IMG/VR virus record: IMGVR_UViG_3300029787_004704
Location: 32,001-96,000 of that record
Direction: 5' to 3' (one strand)
From: a virus
Length of the DNA: 64,000 nt
The notes beneath the pieces were generated by a model. It was not told the origin of the DNA, searched no databases, and worked only from the letters and a program-made list of their open reading frames with translations. Below, piece by piece: positions 17,281 through 26,127 of the stretch (within the stretch, counting starts at the first letter, position 1; every line of letters begins with the position of its first letter). A program made the translations under genes and the position numbers.

Positions 17281-19290
17281 ATGGCTAGTTTTAAAGAGGT
17301 TGATATAGAAGGTGTTCAGGTAAAGGTTCCTCAAGATGGTTTTGCATCTGAAGAAACTCTACAAGAATTGGTAAAAGCACTGGGTGGGCGTAGTGCCGCC
17401 AGTGGTGGTACCGGTGGAGCCAAAGCACTGGCCGGAGCCACAAAAGGAGCAGGCAAAGACGTAAAAGCATTTGGTAAATCTTTGTTCAAAATGAATCCTG
17501 CCCTTAATGCCTTGGAAACAGGATTTAATCTGTTGGGATCTGCTATCACAGGGGCAACTGGTTTAGTAAAGTCAATGGCAACAGCCGATGGTTCGTTTCA
17601 ATCTCTAGGTGCTGTGGTAGATTTTTCAACTGCCCAAATCACAAAATTTACTAATATGATTCCTATATTTGGAGGATTTTTTACAGCCGTGGCAGAATCT
17701 TCGGCCGAGATGGTGAAACTTAAATTGGCATTTATGGATCTCCAAAGAGACACATTCCAGGGTCTGTCTGAAGCAGGTTTTAGATTGAATGGAAATTTAG
17801 GTGATACCTTAACCACAGTTTTAGCGGCGAATATCAGTTTGGATCAGTTTGGAAATATAGTTGGTGAAAACACTGATGGTTTGAGAATATTTGGTGGTAC
17901 AATTAATAATGCCGCAGACCAATTTGCAAACAGATTAGGAAGGCTAACTGATCAAGGATCAGATGTGGGTATGGGATTGCGTCTGCTAGGATTAAATTCA
18001 ACAGCTATTGCTGAAGAATTTGCCGACTTTGTTACAACAAACAGATTGAATGCATCTTTAATGACTGGCAATGAACGGCAGTTGAATGATCAGTTGCTTA
18101 AACGTACTAAGAATGAAAGAATAATAACTGAATTGTCTGGCAAGAGCATCAAAGAACAACGTGCGGCACAAATGGCAGCTGTGGCTGATTCTGCCTTCCA
18201 GGCCGCTTTGGTAGGCATGGGAGAACAGGGAGCAGAATTGACCACATTTGTGGCAGGATTGCCAGGACCAATAGGTGATGCTGTGAAACAGATTATTGCA
18301 TTCGGCACAGTGACTGATGAACAGTCAGCAAGACTGATAGCAACTATACCAGGGTTAAGAGAAACTCTTGAAAATAATATTGAAGGCATCAAAAGCGGAA
18401 ATATAAGTTCAAGCAAAGCAGTGGCAGACACAATCCAATTGGGGCAGAATGCAATTGAAGACGGCAACGGTTTGTTCTTGGCAAAAATATCCATGATTGA
18501 TCCTGCCTTTGCCGCAGTTGCTGATTTTATCATGCAAGGAAGAGCGTCGGCAATACAACTTGAAAATATCAACGATGTGTTAGGTACTTCGTTCACTGAG
18601 CTTGGTCAGGCACAAGAAGAGTTTAATGCACAACATGATGAACAACTTAAGATAGCAGAGGATCTAGCCAAACAGGGCAAATTGAACGAAGAAAATCTTA
18701 GAGCGGCAGGCATGGATGATAAAACGATCGGTATATTGTTAAATGCTGTAAAAGTAGAAGATGCTGTGGGGACGTTCCAAGCAGGATTATTCCAAACAAC
18801 AAATAATCTTGGTCTGTTGGATGACGGAATTACTGGATTGATTGATACTTTAAACAAGATGCTTAGAATGATTGATCCTAATTACGTAAACCCTAACGAA
18901 TTAGCCAGACGAACAAAGGAAGTGGCAGAAAAGGGCGGAGATCAATTATTTGATCCGCTACCAGGTATGGTGTCACCTCTAGAAACAGATTTTAGAAAAG
19001 CAAGATTTGGAGGAGACATACAACAGCAAACAGAGGCATTGGTCGCTGAGGTAGGAATAAAGACAGTTGAGGCCGCAGTACAAGGCGGAAGTATGAACGC
19101 TGACGAGGTTAGGGAGTACAAGGATAATATGAAGGTCTTTGACCGTGAGTATGATGAGGATGGCAAGGTTATAACAAACGGATCTGGACCAAACATGCAA
19201 ACAACTAATGACATATTGATTGATATCAATAAAAATATCAAAAAAAACAATACAGAAATCCACGGAGGCCTACTAAACACCAAGAATTAA
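17281..19290 (+). CDS. putative tape-measure / baseplate hub protein
   Basis: 669 aa, Ala/Gly-rich and helical, ASEETL N-terminal motif, adjacent to the gp26-like gene. Confidence 0.6.
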   Translation: MASFKEVDIEGVQVKVPQDGFASEETLQELVKALGGRSAASGGTGGAKALAGATKGAGKDVKAFGKSLFKMNPALNALETGFNLLGSAITGATGLVKSMATADGSFQSLGAVVDFSTAQITKFTNMIPIFGGFFTAVAESSAEMVKLKLAFMDLQRDTFQGLSEAGFRLNGNLGDTLTTVLAANISLDQFGNIVGENTDGLRIFGGTINNAADQFANRLGRLTDQGSDVGMGLRLLGLNSTAIAEEFADFVTTNRLNASLMTGNERQLNDQLLKRTKNERIITELSGKSIKEQRAAQMAAVADSAFQAALVGMGEQGAELTTFVAGLPGPIGDAVKQIIAFGTVTDEQSARLIATIPGLRETLENNIEGIKSGNISSSKAVADTIQLGQNAIEDGNGLFLAKISMIDPAFAAVADFIMQGRASAIQLENINDVLGTSFTELGQAQEEFNAQHDEQLKIAEDLAKQGKLNEENLRAAGMDDKTIGILLNAVKVEDAVGTFQAGLFQTTNNLGLLDDGITGLIDTLNKMLRMIDPNYVNPNELARRTKEVAEKGGDQLFDPLPGMVSPLETDFRKARFGGDIQQQTEALVAEVGIKTVEAAVQGGSMNADEVREYKDNMKVFDREYDEDGKVITNGSGPNMQTTNDILIDINKNIKKNNTEIHGGLLNTKN

Positions 19291-19299
19291 ATTAAATAG

Positions 19300-19328
19300 T
19301 TGCAATTAGGAGCAAACTAAGGTATAAT
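19300..19328 (+). promoter_or_regulatory. sigma70-type promoter of the portal gene
   Basis: TTGCAA-N17-TATAAT-N7-ATG. Confidence 0.65.
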
Positions 19329-19335
19329 ACAACAT

Positions 19336-21051
19336 ATGGCATGGAAAAAATATTTTAATCTTGTACAACCAGACGGTTCAATGTCGCCAGTAAGTGGCAC
19401 CAATACTGCCAATGGTGGTGCAATGATGGGCAAGAGAAACTACACTTCATATCTACCAGAAGTGTACACAGGACATCCAAACAGACAAGAACGTTACTAT
19501 CAATATGATTCAATGGATCAAGATTCAGAAGTAAATGCGGCATTGGATATCATTGCAGAATTCTGCACACAGAATAACGAAAAAACAAAAACACCTTTCA
19601 CTATACAGTACAAAACAGAGCCAACAGAATCAGAAGCAATGATTTTGAATGATGCAATCAAGCAATTCACATCATTGAATGATTGGAGCAGAAGAATGTT
19701 CCGTATGTTCCGAAACACATTAAAGTATGGTGATTCATTTTTTATTAGAGATCCTGAAACACAACAATTGATTCATGTGGCGGCTACAAAATGTGAAAAA
19801 ATTATTGTGAATGAATCCAAAGGCAAAACACCTGAACAGTATGTGTTCAAAGATTTAAACTTAAATCTAGAATCATTGTCAGCATCGCAAGTAGCGGCCA
19901 ATGTAACATATTCTTCACCGGGTGCTTCTGCTATTATTGATCAAGGATATGGCAAGTCAGGTGGAGCATATTCAGGACCAGGCACATATGGCACAGGCGG
20001 TTCAGGCAGATTCGAAAGCACACAGAATCAATATGCAATTGATGCCAATCATGTTACTCATATGAGCATGTCAGAAGGACTTGATGCAAACTTCCCATTT
20101 GGTACATCCATACTGGAAACTGTGTTCAAAACATTCAAGCAGAAAGAAATGCTGGAAGATGCTATCATCATATACAGAGTACACAGAGCACCTGAACGTA
20201 GAGTGTTTTATATTGATGTAGGCAACATGCCAACACATATGGCCATGGGTTTTGTTGAAAGAGTCAAAAATGAAATTCACCAAAGACGTATTCCATCTGT
20301 GAGCGGTGGACAGAATTCAGTGGATGCAACATACAATCCGTTAAGCATAAACGAAGATTATTTCTTCCCACAAACAGCAGAAGGTAGAGGCTCTAAAGTG
20401 GAAACATTGCCAGGTGGCACAAACCTAGGTGAAATTGATGACTTAAGATACTTTACTAATAAACTGTATCGTGCTTTGAGGATTCCAAGTGCTTATTTGC
20501 CCACAGGCCCAGATGATGGTGCCAACCCACAATACTCAGATGGTAGAGTAGGCACAGCATATATTCAAGAATTAAGATTCAACAAGTATTGTGAAAGATT
20601 GCAGGACATTGTTATTCCGCCAATCAATCATGAGTTCAAGTTGTTCCTTAAACAAAGAGGCATTAACATAGACACATCATTGTTTGATGTAAAACTTACA
20701 CCACCACAAAACTTTGCCGCATACAGACAGATTGAACTAGACAATCAACGTGTACAAGCATTCACACAGATAGAGCAAGTACCATATTTGAGTAAAAGAT
20801 TTGCTTTACAAAGATTCTTAGGATTGAGTGAACAAGAACTTGCTAAAAATATGGAGATGTGGGCAGAAGAAAAAGGCGAATCAATGGACAATGCTGTCAA
20901 AGGTGAAGATCTACGTAATGTAGGAGTCACTGGCGGCGATCTTAACACAGACATATCAGATCAAACTCAACCCGATGAAGCACCAGAAGGTCCAGGACCA
21001 GGCGAAGAAGGTGGCGAACTCGAAGCTGGCGATGATGATATTGAGATCTAG
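19336..21051 (+). CDS. portal protein (T4 gp20-like)
   Basis: LEDAIIIYRVHRAPERRVFYIDVGNMP, EDYFFP...GRGSKVETLPGG. Confidence 0.95.
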   Translation: MAWKKYFNLVQPDGSMSPVSGTNTANGGAMMGKRNYTSYLPEVYTGHPNRQERYYQYDSMDQDSEVNAALDIIAEFCTQNNEKTKTPFTIQYKTEPTESEAMILNDAIKQFTSLNDWSRRMFRMFRNTLKYGDSFFIRDPETQQLIHVAATKCEKIIVNESKGKTPEQYVFKDLNLNLESLSASQVAANVTYSSPGASAIIDQGYGKSGGAYSGPGTYGTGGSGRFESTQNQYAIDANHVTHMSMSEGLDANFPFGTSILETVFKTFKQKEMLEDAIIIYRVHRAPERRVFYIDVGNMPTHMAMGFVERVKNEIHQRRIPSVSGGQNSVDATYNPLSINEDYFFPQTAEGRGSKVETLPGGTNLGEIDDLRYFTNKLYRALRIPSAYLPTGPDDGANPQYSDGRVGTAYIQELRFNKYCERLQDIVIPPINHEFKLFLKQRGINIDTSLFDVKLTPPQNFAAYRQIELDNQRVQAFTQIEQVPYLSKRFALQRFLGLSEQELAKNMEMWAEEKGESMDNAVKGEDLRNVGVTGGDLNTDISDQTQPDEAPEGPGPGEEGGELEAGDDDIEI

Positions 21052-21063
21052 GTAAATACTGTC

Positions 21064-21291
21064 ATGCAACTATTTGAGTTTTTTACAGAATTAGATCAAG
21101 ACAGATACAACAGCGATATGGACATCACTGTGTACGAAAAGAGCGATACAAGAAAATCTAAACTCACACTAGAAATGTTAAATCAACTTAGACATCACAT
21201 GCAGTCACGCAGACAAGAAAAAGTCAAAGCAATGGAACTGTATCAAAAAATGTACGGTGGCTCAGTTGGCGACTCAGCTGAAGTAGCCTAG
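21064..21291 (+). CDS. small head-module protein
   Basis: 75 aa, DTRKSKLTL..LNQLR...MYG; TAAATA-N5-ATG. Confidence 0.7.
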   Translation: MQLFEFFTELDQDRYNSDMDITVYEKSDTRKSKLTLEMLNQLRHHMQSRRQEKVKAMELYQKMYGGSVGDSAEVA

Positions 21292-21310
21292 TACTAATTA
21301 ATCTACATCA

Positions 21311-22171
21311 ATGGCAGGAAGAAGAGCACAGTGGAGACTCGCATCAGCACAAGCGGCTGTTCGTGGAGAAAAAACAGTATCCTTGTATGGCAAGACAGGT
21401 GAAATATCTGCATGGCTCAATCCTGAACAACTTAAAGACCCTAAAAAAACTCTTGCAGAACTTGAAAAAATTACAAAAAAATCTCACAAAGCAGAGATAC
21501 CAAAATCAGAACCTATACCACCCAAAGACACTGCATACAAACCAGACGGTGAAGTGTGTTTCCTAATAGCCAACGGTGAATCAAGACGTGCATTTGATCT
21601 GAACAAACTTAAAGGCAAAGGATACATTGTAGGAATGAATGTGTTGCCTGTGGTAGAAGATTTTTGGCCTGACATGTTGGTCAGTGTGGATATTGCTACG
21701 GTCAAATGGTTGAGTGAAAAAGATGTGCCAGCAAAACTTGAACATTGGAGTTATCCGCGAGGCGGAGTAAAAGATCCTAGGATCAAAAGAATAGCAAAAG
21801 ACTGGGGTTGGTCATCAGGCCCAACAGCAACAAGAATAGCACTTGAATACAAACGGTTTAAAACACTGTACATCCTAGGCATGGATTTTTTCGGCATAAC
21901 TGCTACAGGCGAAGTTGATGAGAAAAAAGGCGACAAATTAAACAACATGTACAAAGGACAAGAAAGATACCGCAAAGCCAACTCAAGCAGAACCTATTTT
22001 GGCAACTGGCAGAATCAAATGGAAACTAACACCAAGAATCATCCTGATGCTAAATTTTACCATGTAGTGCTGGATAATCAAAAATCACCCAATAAACTAG
22101 CACAAAAGTCCAATTGGATAGACATAAATTATAGTATATTTGAAGAACATCTTCAAAAAATGTCAAAATGA
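21311..22171 (+). CDS. DUF115/Maf-like putative glycosyltransferase within the head module
   Basis: FLIANGESR, GMN...PDMLVSVD, GWSSGPTA, YILGMD; paralog of 4009..4689. Confidence 0.6.
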   Translation: MAGRRAQWRLASAQAAVRGEKTVSLYGKTGEISAWLNPEQLKDPKKTLAELEKITKKSHKAEIPKSEPIPPKDTAYKPDGEVCFLIANGESRRAFDLNKLKGKGYIVGMNVLPVVEDFWPDMLVSVDIATVKWLSEKDVPAKLEHWSYPRGGVKDPRIKRIAKDWGWSSGPTATRIALEYKRFKTLYILGMDFFGITATGEVDEKKGDKLNNMYKGQERYRKANSSRTYFGNWQNQMETNTKNHPDAKFYHVVLDNQKSPNKLAQKSNWIDINYSIFEEHLQKMSK

Positions 22172-22242
22172 GCCTCTTAAAAAGGTCTTAACTCCTTGCA
22201 ACCTTAAATACAACACCTAACAACCAACCAAAGGAGACAATC

Positions 22243-23148
22243 ATGTCTAAATTTGAAAAACTCCTGGACTTGCTTGTGAATGAGCAAAAGGATGAAGCTG
22301 AAAAAGTATTTCATGAAATAGTTGTCGAAAAATCAAGACAAATTTATGAAGGCATCCTTGCTGACGAAGAAGCAACAGAGGACACAGCTAAAGACGCTGA
22401 AGAAGTTGAAGAAGCATCGGACAAAGATGAAGATGCCGAAACTGAAGCAGTAGACGAAGCAAAAAAAGATGATGACGACGAAGACGATAAAGATAAAGAA
22501 GAAGTTGATGAAACTTCTGATGAAGAAGTCGACGAAGCATCTGAAGAAACTATCGAAGAAATTGGCGGAGACGCTACAGACGATTTAATATCAGATATCG
22601 AAGCAGAAGCAGAAGGCGACGACATGGCTGACATGGGAGATGAAAATGGCGACATGGACATGGACGGTGACGGCGATGCAGATCCTGAAGCAGAAGAAAT
22701 GTTCGAACCATTAGAAAAAGAACTTGACGCTCTAAAAGCCGAGTTTGCTAAAATGATGGACAGCGACGAAGAAGGTGAAGCTGAAGAATCAGTAAATCCT
22801 TTCGAAGACGCAGAACCAAAAGATGCTGATACTATTGTTAAAGAATATGCAAACATGGTTAAAGACGGACACGGTGCAGAGAAAAAAGGCTCTGAATCAG
22901 GTGCGGATAATAAAAAATCAGTGGTTGCTAAGAAAAACAAACCAATGAATAATGCATCTCCAGTAAAAATGGACCAAGGCGGCGAAGAAAAAGGCGGCGT
23001 TGGAAAAGCACTTACAGGTGACACAGCGAAACCTATGGGCGGATCTTATAAAAATGCAGGTGGAATTAATAAAGTTTCAACTGAAAAAACTCCAGCACCA
23101 CAGAACGACACTGGATCAACTGACAAGTCACCAGTTGCTACAAAGTAA
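22243..23148 (+). CDS. acidic prohead core protein
   Basis: Very D/E-rich, between portal and protease, AAGGAG SD. Confidence 0.7.
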   Translation: MSKFEKLLDLLVNEQKDEAEKVFHEIVVEKSRQIYEGILADEEATEDTAKDAEEVEEASDKDEDAETEAVDEAKKDDDDEDDKDKEEVDETSDEEVDEASEETIEEIGGDATDDLISDIEAEAEGDDMADMGDENGDMDMDGDGDADPEAEEMFEPLEKELDALKAEFAKMMDSDEEGEAEESVNPFEDAEPKDADTIVKEYANMVKDGHGAEKKGSESGADNKKSVVAKKNKPMNNASPVKMDQGGEEKGGVGKALTGDTAKPMGGSYKNAGGINKVSTEKTPAPQNDTGSTDKSPVATK

Positions 23149-23160
23149 GGAAATAGGATA

Positions 23161-23784
23161 ATGCAAGTACTATCGGAACGATTAACATTTGATCAAGCAC
23201 AAGTTGTGGTTGAATCAAGTAACGAAGGTAAGGACTTGTACATGAAAGGCATTTGCATTCAAGGTAACGTTAAAAATGCAAACCAAAGAGTGTATCCTAC
23301 TTCGGAAATTAGTAAAGCAGTACAAAAAGTATCCGAACAAGTTGCCGGGGGCTCAAGTGTCCTCGGCGAGGTTGACCATCCAGAAGATCTCAAAATCAAT
23401 TTAGATAGAGTATCTCACATGATTACAAGCATGTGGATGGAAGGCCATAACGGATATGGAAAATTAAAGATTCTCCCAACACCAATGGGAAAATTAGTAG
23501 AAACAATGTTACAATCAGGCGTAAAATTAGGCGTATCATCCAGAGGATCAGGCAACGTAGACGAGGCATCAGGGAACGTATCAGAATTTGATATTATTAC
23601 CGTGGATGTTGTGGCTCAACCATCGGCTCCCAATGCTTACCCAACTCCAATTTATGAAGGTCTCCTTAATATGAGACACGGTCATAAACTAATGGGAATT
23701 GCGAAAGCGGCAAGAGAAGACAGTAGAGTTCAAAAACATCTAAAAGAAGGAGTGATCCAATTAATAAAGGATCTTAAACTATAA
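23161..23784 (+). CDS. prohead protease (T4 gp21-like)
   Basis: NANQRVYP, LGEVDHP, LGVSSRGSG, DVVAQPSAPNA. Confidence 0.95.
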   Translation: MQVLSERLTFDQAQVVVESSNEGKDLYMKGICIQGNVKNANQRVYPTSEISKAVQKVSEQVAGGSSVLGEVDHPEDLKINLDRVSHMITSMWMEGHNGYGKLKILPTPMGKLVETMLQSGVKLGVSSRGSGNVDEASGNVSEFDIITVDVVAQPSAPNAYPTPIYEGLLNMRHGHKLMGIAKAAREDSRVQKHLKEGVIQLIKDLKL

Positions 23785-23794
23785 GGAGAAAATT

Positions 23795-24862
23795 ATGCTA
23801 GAAGTAATCAAACAACTCCTTGACAAAGACCTGGTAAACGAAGAAACTCGTGCCGAAATACAAGAGGCATGGGATCAGAAGTTATCAGAAGTCAAAGAAG
23901 AAGCAAAAACCGAAGTAAGAGAGGAATTTGCAACAAGATACGAGCATGACAAGTCCGTAATGGTAGAAGCAATGGACCGACTAGTCAACGAAGCTCTGCA
24001 AAAAGAAATTGCAGAATTTGTTGAAGATAGAAAACAACTAGCGGCCCAAAGAGTAATGTACAAAAGAGGTGTTAAACCACACATGGAAACACTTCAAAAG
24101 TTTGTTACTCGTCAACTTGCAACTGAAATGGCTGAGTTACAAGCAGATAGAAAATCAATGGCAGAGCAAATTAAAACTCTAGAAGCATTTGTTACATCAA
24201 CACTTGCTAAAGAGCTTAATGAGTTTGAAAGTGATAAACGATCTGTTGTAGAAACTCGCGTAAAACTAGTTAAAGAAGCAAAAGAAAAATTTGCTCAAAT
24301 TAGAAACGCATTCATTAAGAAAGCAAGTAAAATTGTAGAACAAGTAGTAAGTGAGAATATCACTAAAGAGATGACACAATTTAAAGATGACATCAAAACT
24401 GCTAGGGAAAACAATTTTGGACGTAAGATTTTTGAAGCATATACTTCAGAATATCTAACTTCATACCTGCATGAGACTTCTGAAATTCGTAAATTGCAGA
24501 AACAACTCGACGAGACCACAGCACAAGTTGAAGAGAACGAAAAACTTCTTGAGTCTGAGAAAATCGAAAAACATAAGATTGAATCAAGACACAGAAGAGA
24601 TAAAGTTCTTAACGAAATGTTAGGTCCACTTTCAGGTGATAAGAAAGAAGTTATGGGCAATCTGTTAGAAACAGTTCAAACAGACAACCTAAAAACAGCT
24701 TTCACAAAATATCTTCCACACGTAATGAAAGACGCTAAAAAAGCTTCAATCATAAGTGAGTCAAGAACAGAAAAAACAGGCGATAAAACACAGGCAAACA
24801 CACAGGCAAAAGAACAAGACGCGGATGTATTAAGCATTCGTAAATTAGCAGGTATAAACTAA
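23795..24862 (+). CDS. prohead scaffolding protein (T4 gp22-like)
   Basis: Coiled coil, directly upstream of the MCP. Confidence 0.85.
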   Translation: MLEVIKQLLDKDLVNEETRAEIQEAWDQKLSEVKEEAKTEVREEFATRYEHDKSVMVEAMDRLVNEALQKEIAEFVEDRKQLAAQRVMYKRGVKPHMETLQKFVTRQLATEMAELQADRKSMAEQIKTLEAFVTSTLAKELNEFESDKRSVVETRVKLVKEAKEKFAQIRNAFIKKASKIVEQVVSENITKEMTQFKDDIKTARENNFGRKIFEAYTSEYLTSYLHETSEIRKLQKQLDETTAQVEENEKLLESEKIEKHKIESRHRRDKVLNEMLGPLSGDKKEVMGNLLETVQTDNLKTAFTKYLPHVMKDAKKASIISESRTEKTGDKTQANTQAKEQDADVLSIRKLAGIN

Positions 24863-24875
24863 GGAGAAACAAAAC

Positions 24876-26051
24876 ATGACATCCCAATTGCTAGAACATA
24901 AATGGCAAGAAACTAAAGGCGCTTTAATGGAAGGCGTTGAAGGTTCTAAAGCCAAAAACTTGGATGTGGTCTTAGAGAATACACGCAAATACTTGTCAGA
25001 GCAGGCAACTTCTGGAGCTACTGGTTCCGGTAACGTTGCAACTCTAAACAGAGTAATTTTGCCTGTAATTCGTAGGGTCATGCCAACAGTGATTGCTAAC
25101 GAGCTAGTAGGTGTACAACCTATGACTGGCCCAGTTGGTCAAATTCACACATTGAGAGTTAGATATGCTGACGCAACTACCGGCGGTGCTACAAACATCG
25201 CAGCTGGTGACGAAGCATTATCACCTTTCAAAATTGCATCATCTTATTCAGGTAACGACAGTGACCCGGCTAAGGGTGCATCAACAGCTACTTTAGAAGG
25301 TACTGCAGGTAACAGATTAAACGTGCAGATCCTAAAACAAGTAGTAGAAGCTAAATCAAGAAAACTATCTGCAAGATGGACTTTTGAAGCGGCTCAAGAC
25401 GCACAAGCACAGCAAGGTGTTGATATTGAAGCAGAAATCATGGCGGCATTAGCTCAAGAGATTACTGCTGAGATCGACCAAGAAATAATCGGCTCTCTAA
25501 GAACATTAGCGGGTTCGGCAGCTGCGGCTTTTGATCAATCTGCTGTTTCAGGTACAGCAACATTCGTTGGTGACGAACATGCGGCTCTAGCTGTACTGAT
25601 CAACCAACAAGCAAACTTAATTGCACAAAGAACAAGACGTGGTGCAGGTAACTATGCTGTTGTTTCATCTGAAGCACTAACAATCTTACAATCTGCTACA
25701 ACTTCAGCGTTTGCTAGATCTACAGAGGGTGTATTTGAAGCACCAACTAACACTAAGTTTGTTGGAACTTTGAACAACTCAATGAGAGTCTACGTAGACG
25801 GTTATGCAGCTACAGGAACAGATGTATTAGTAGGATACAAAGGACCATCAGAAGCAGATGCTCCAGCGTTCTATTGCCCATACATACCGTTAATGAGCTC
25901 AGGCGTTGTACTGGATCCGTCTACATTCGAGCCGGTAGTAAGTTTCTTAACTAGATATGGATACACTGAGTTATCAAACACAGCATCATCTCTAGGTAAT
26001 GCGGCTGACTATCTTGCTAGAATTAGCATCAGTAACGTATCATTCAAATAA
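24876..26051 (+). CDS. major capsid protein (T4 gp23-like)
   Basis: VGVQPMTGPVGQI, SRKLSARWTFEAAQD, AFYCPYIPL, TRYG. Confidence 0.97.
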   Translation: MTSQLLEHKWQETKGALMEGVEGSKAKNLDVVLENTRKYLSEQATSGATGSGNVATLNRVILPVIRRVMPTVIANELVGVQPMTGPVGQIHTLRVRYADATTGGATNIAAGDEALSPFKIASSYSGNDSDPAKGASTATLEGTAGNRLNVQILKQVVEAKSRKLSARWTFEAAQDAQAQQGVDIEAEIMAALAQEITAEIDQEIIGSLRTLAGSAAAAFDQSAVSGTATFVGDEHAALAVLINQQANLIAQRTRRGAGNYAVVSSEALTILQSATTSAFARSTEGVFEAPTNTKFVGTLNNSMRVYVDGYAATGTDVLVGYKGPSEADAPAFYCPYIPLMSSGVVLDPSTFEPVVSFLTRYGYTELSNTASSLGNAADYLARISISNVSFK

Positions 26052-26066
26052 TTTTATTTGAATACT

Positions 26067-26094
26067 AGAAGGGGGGCCATTGTGCCCCTCTTCT
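26067..26094 (+). terminator. terminator hairpin after the MCP
   Basis: AGAAGGGGGGC-CATTGT-GCCCCTCTTCT. Confidence 0.7.
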
Positions 26095-26127
26095 CTTGAG
26101 TTCAGTATACTTCAATAAATACTTCAT

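Noticed and set aside
22344-23024. Ser-rich 226 aa minus-strand ORF
   Set aside because: Antisense shadow of the Asp/Glu-rich prohead core gene.
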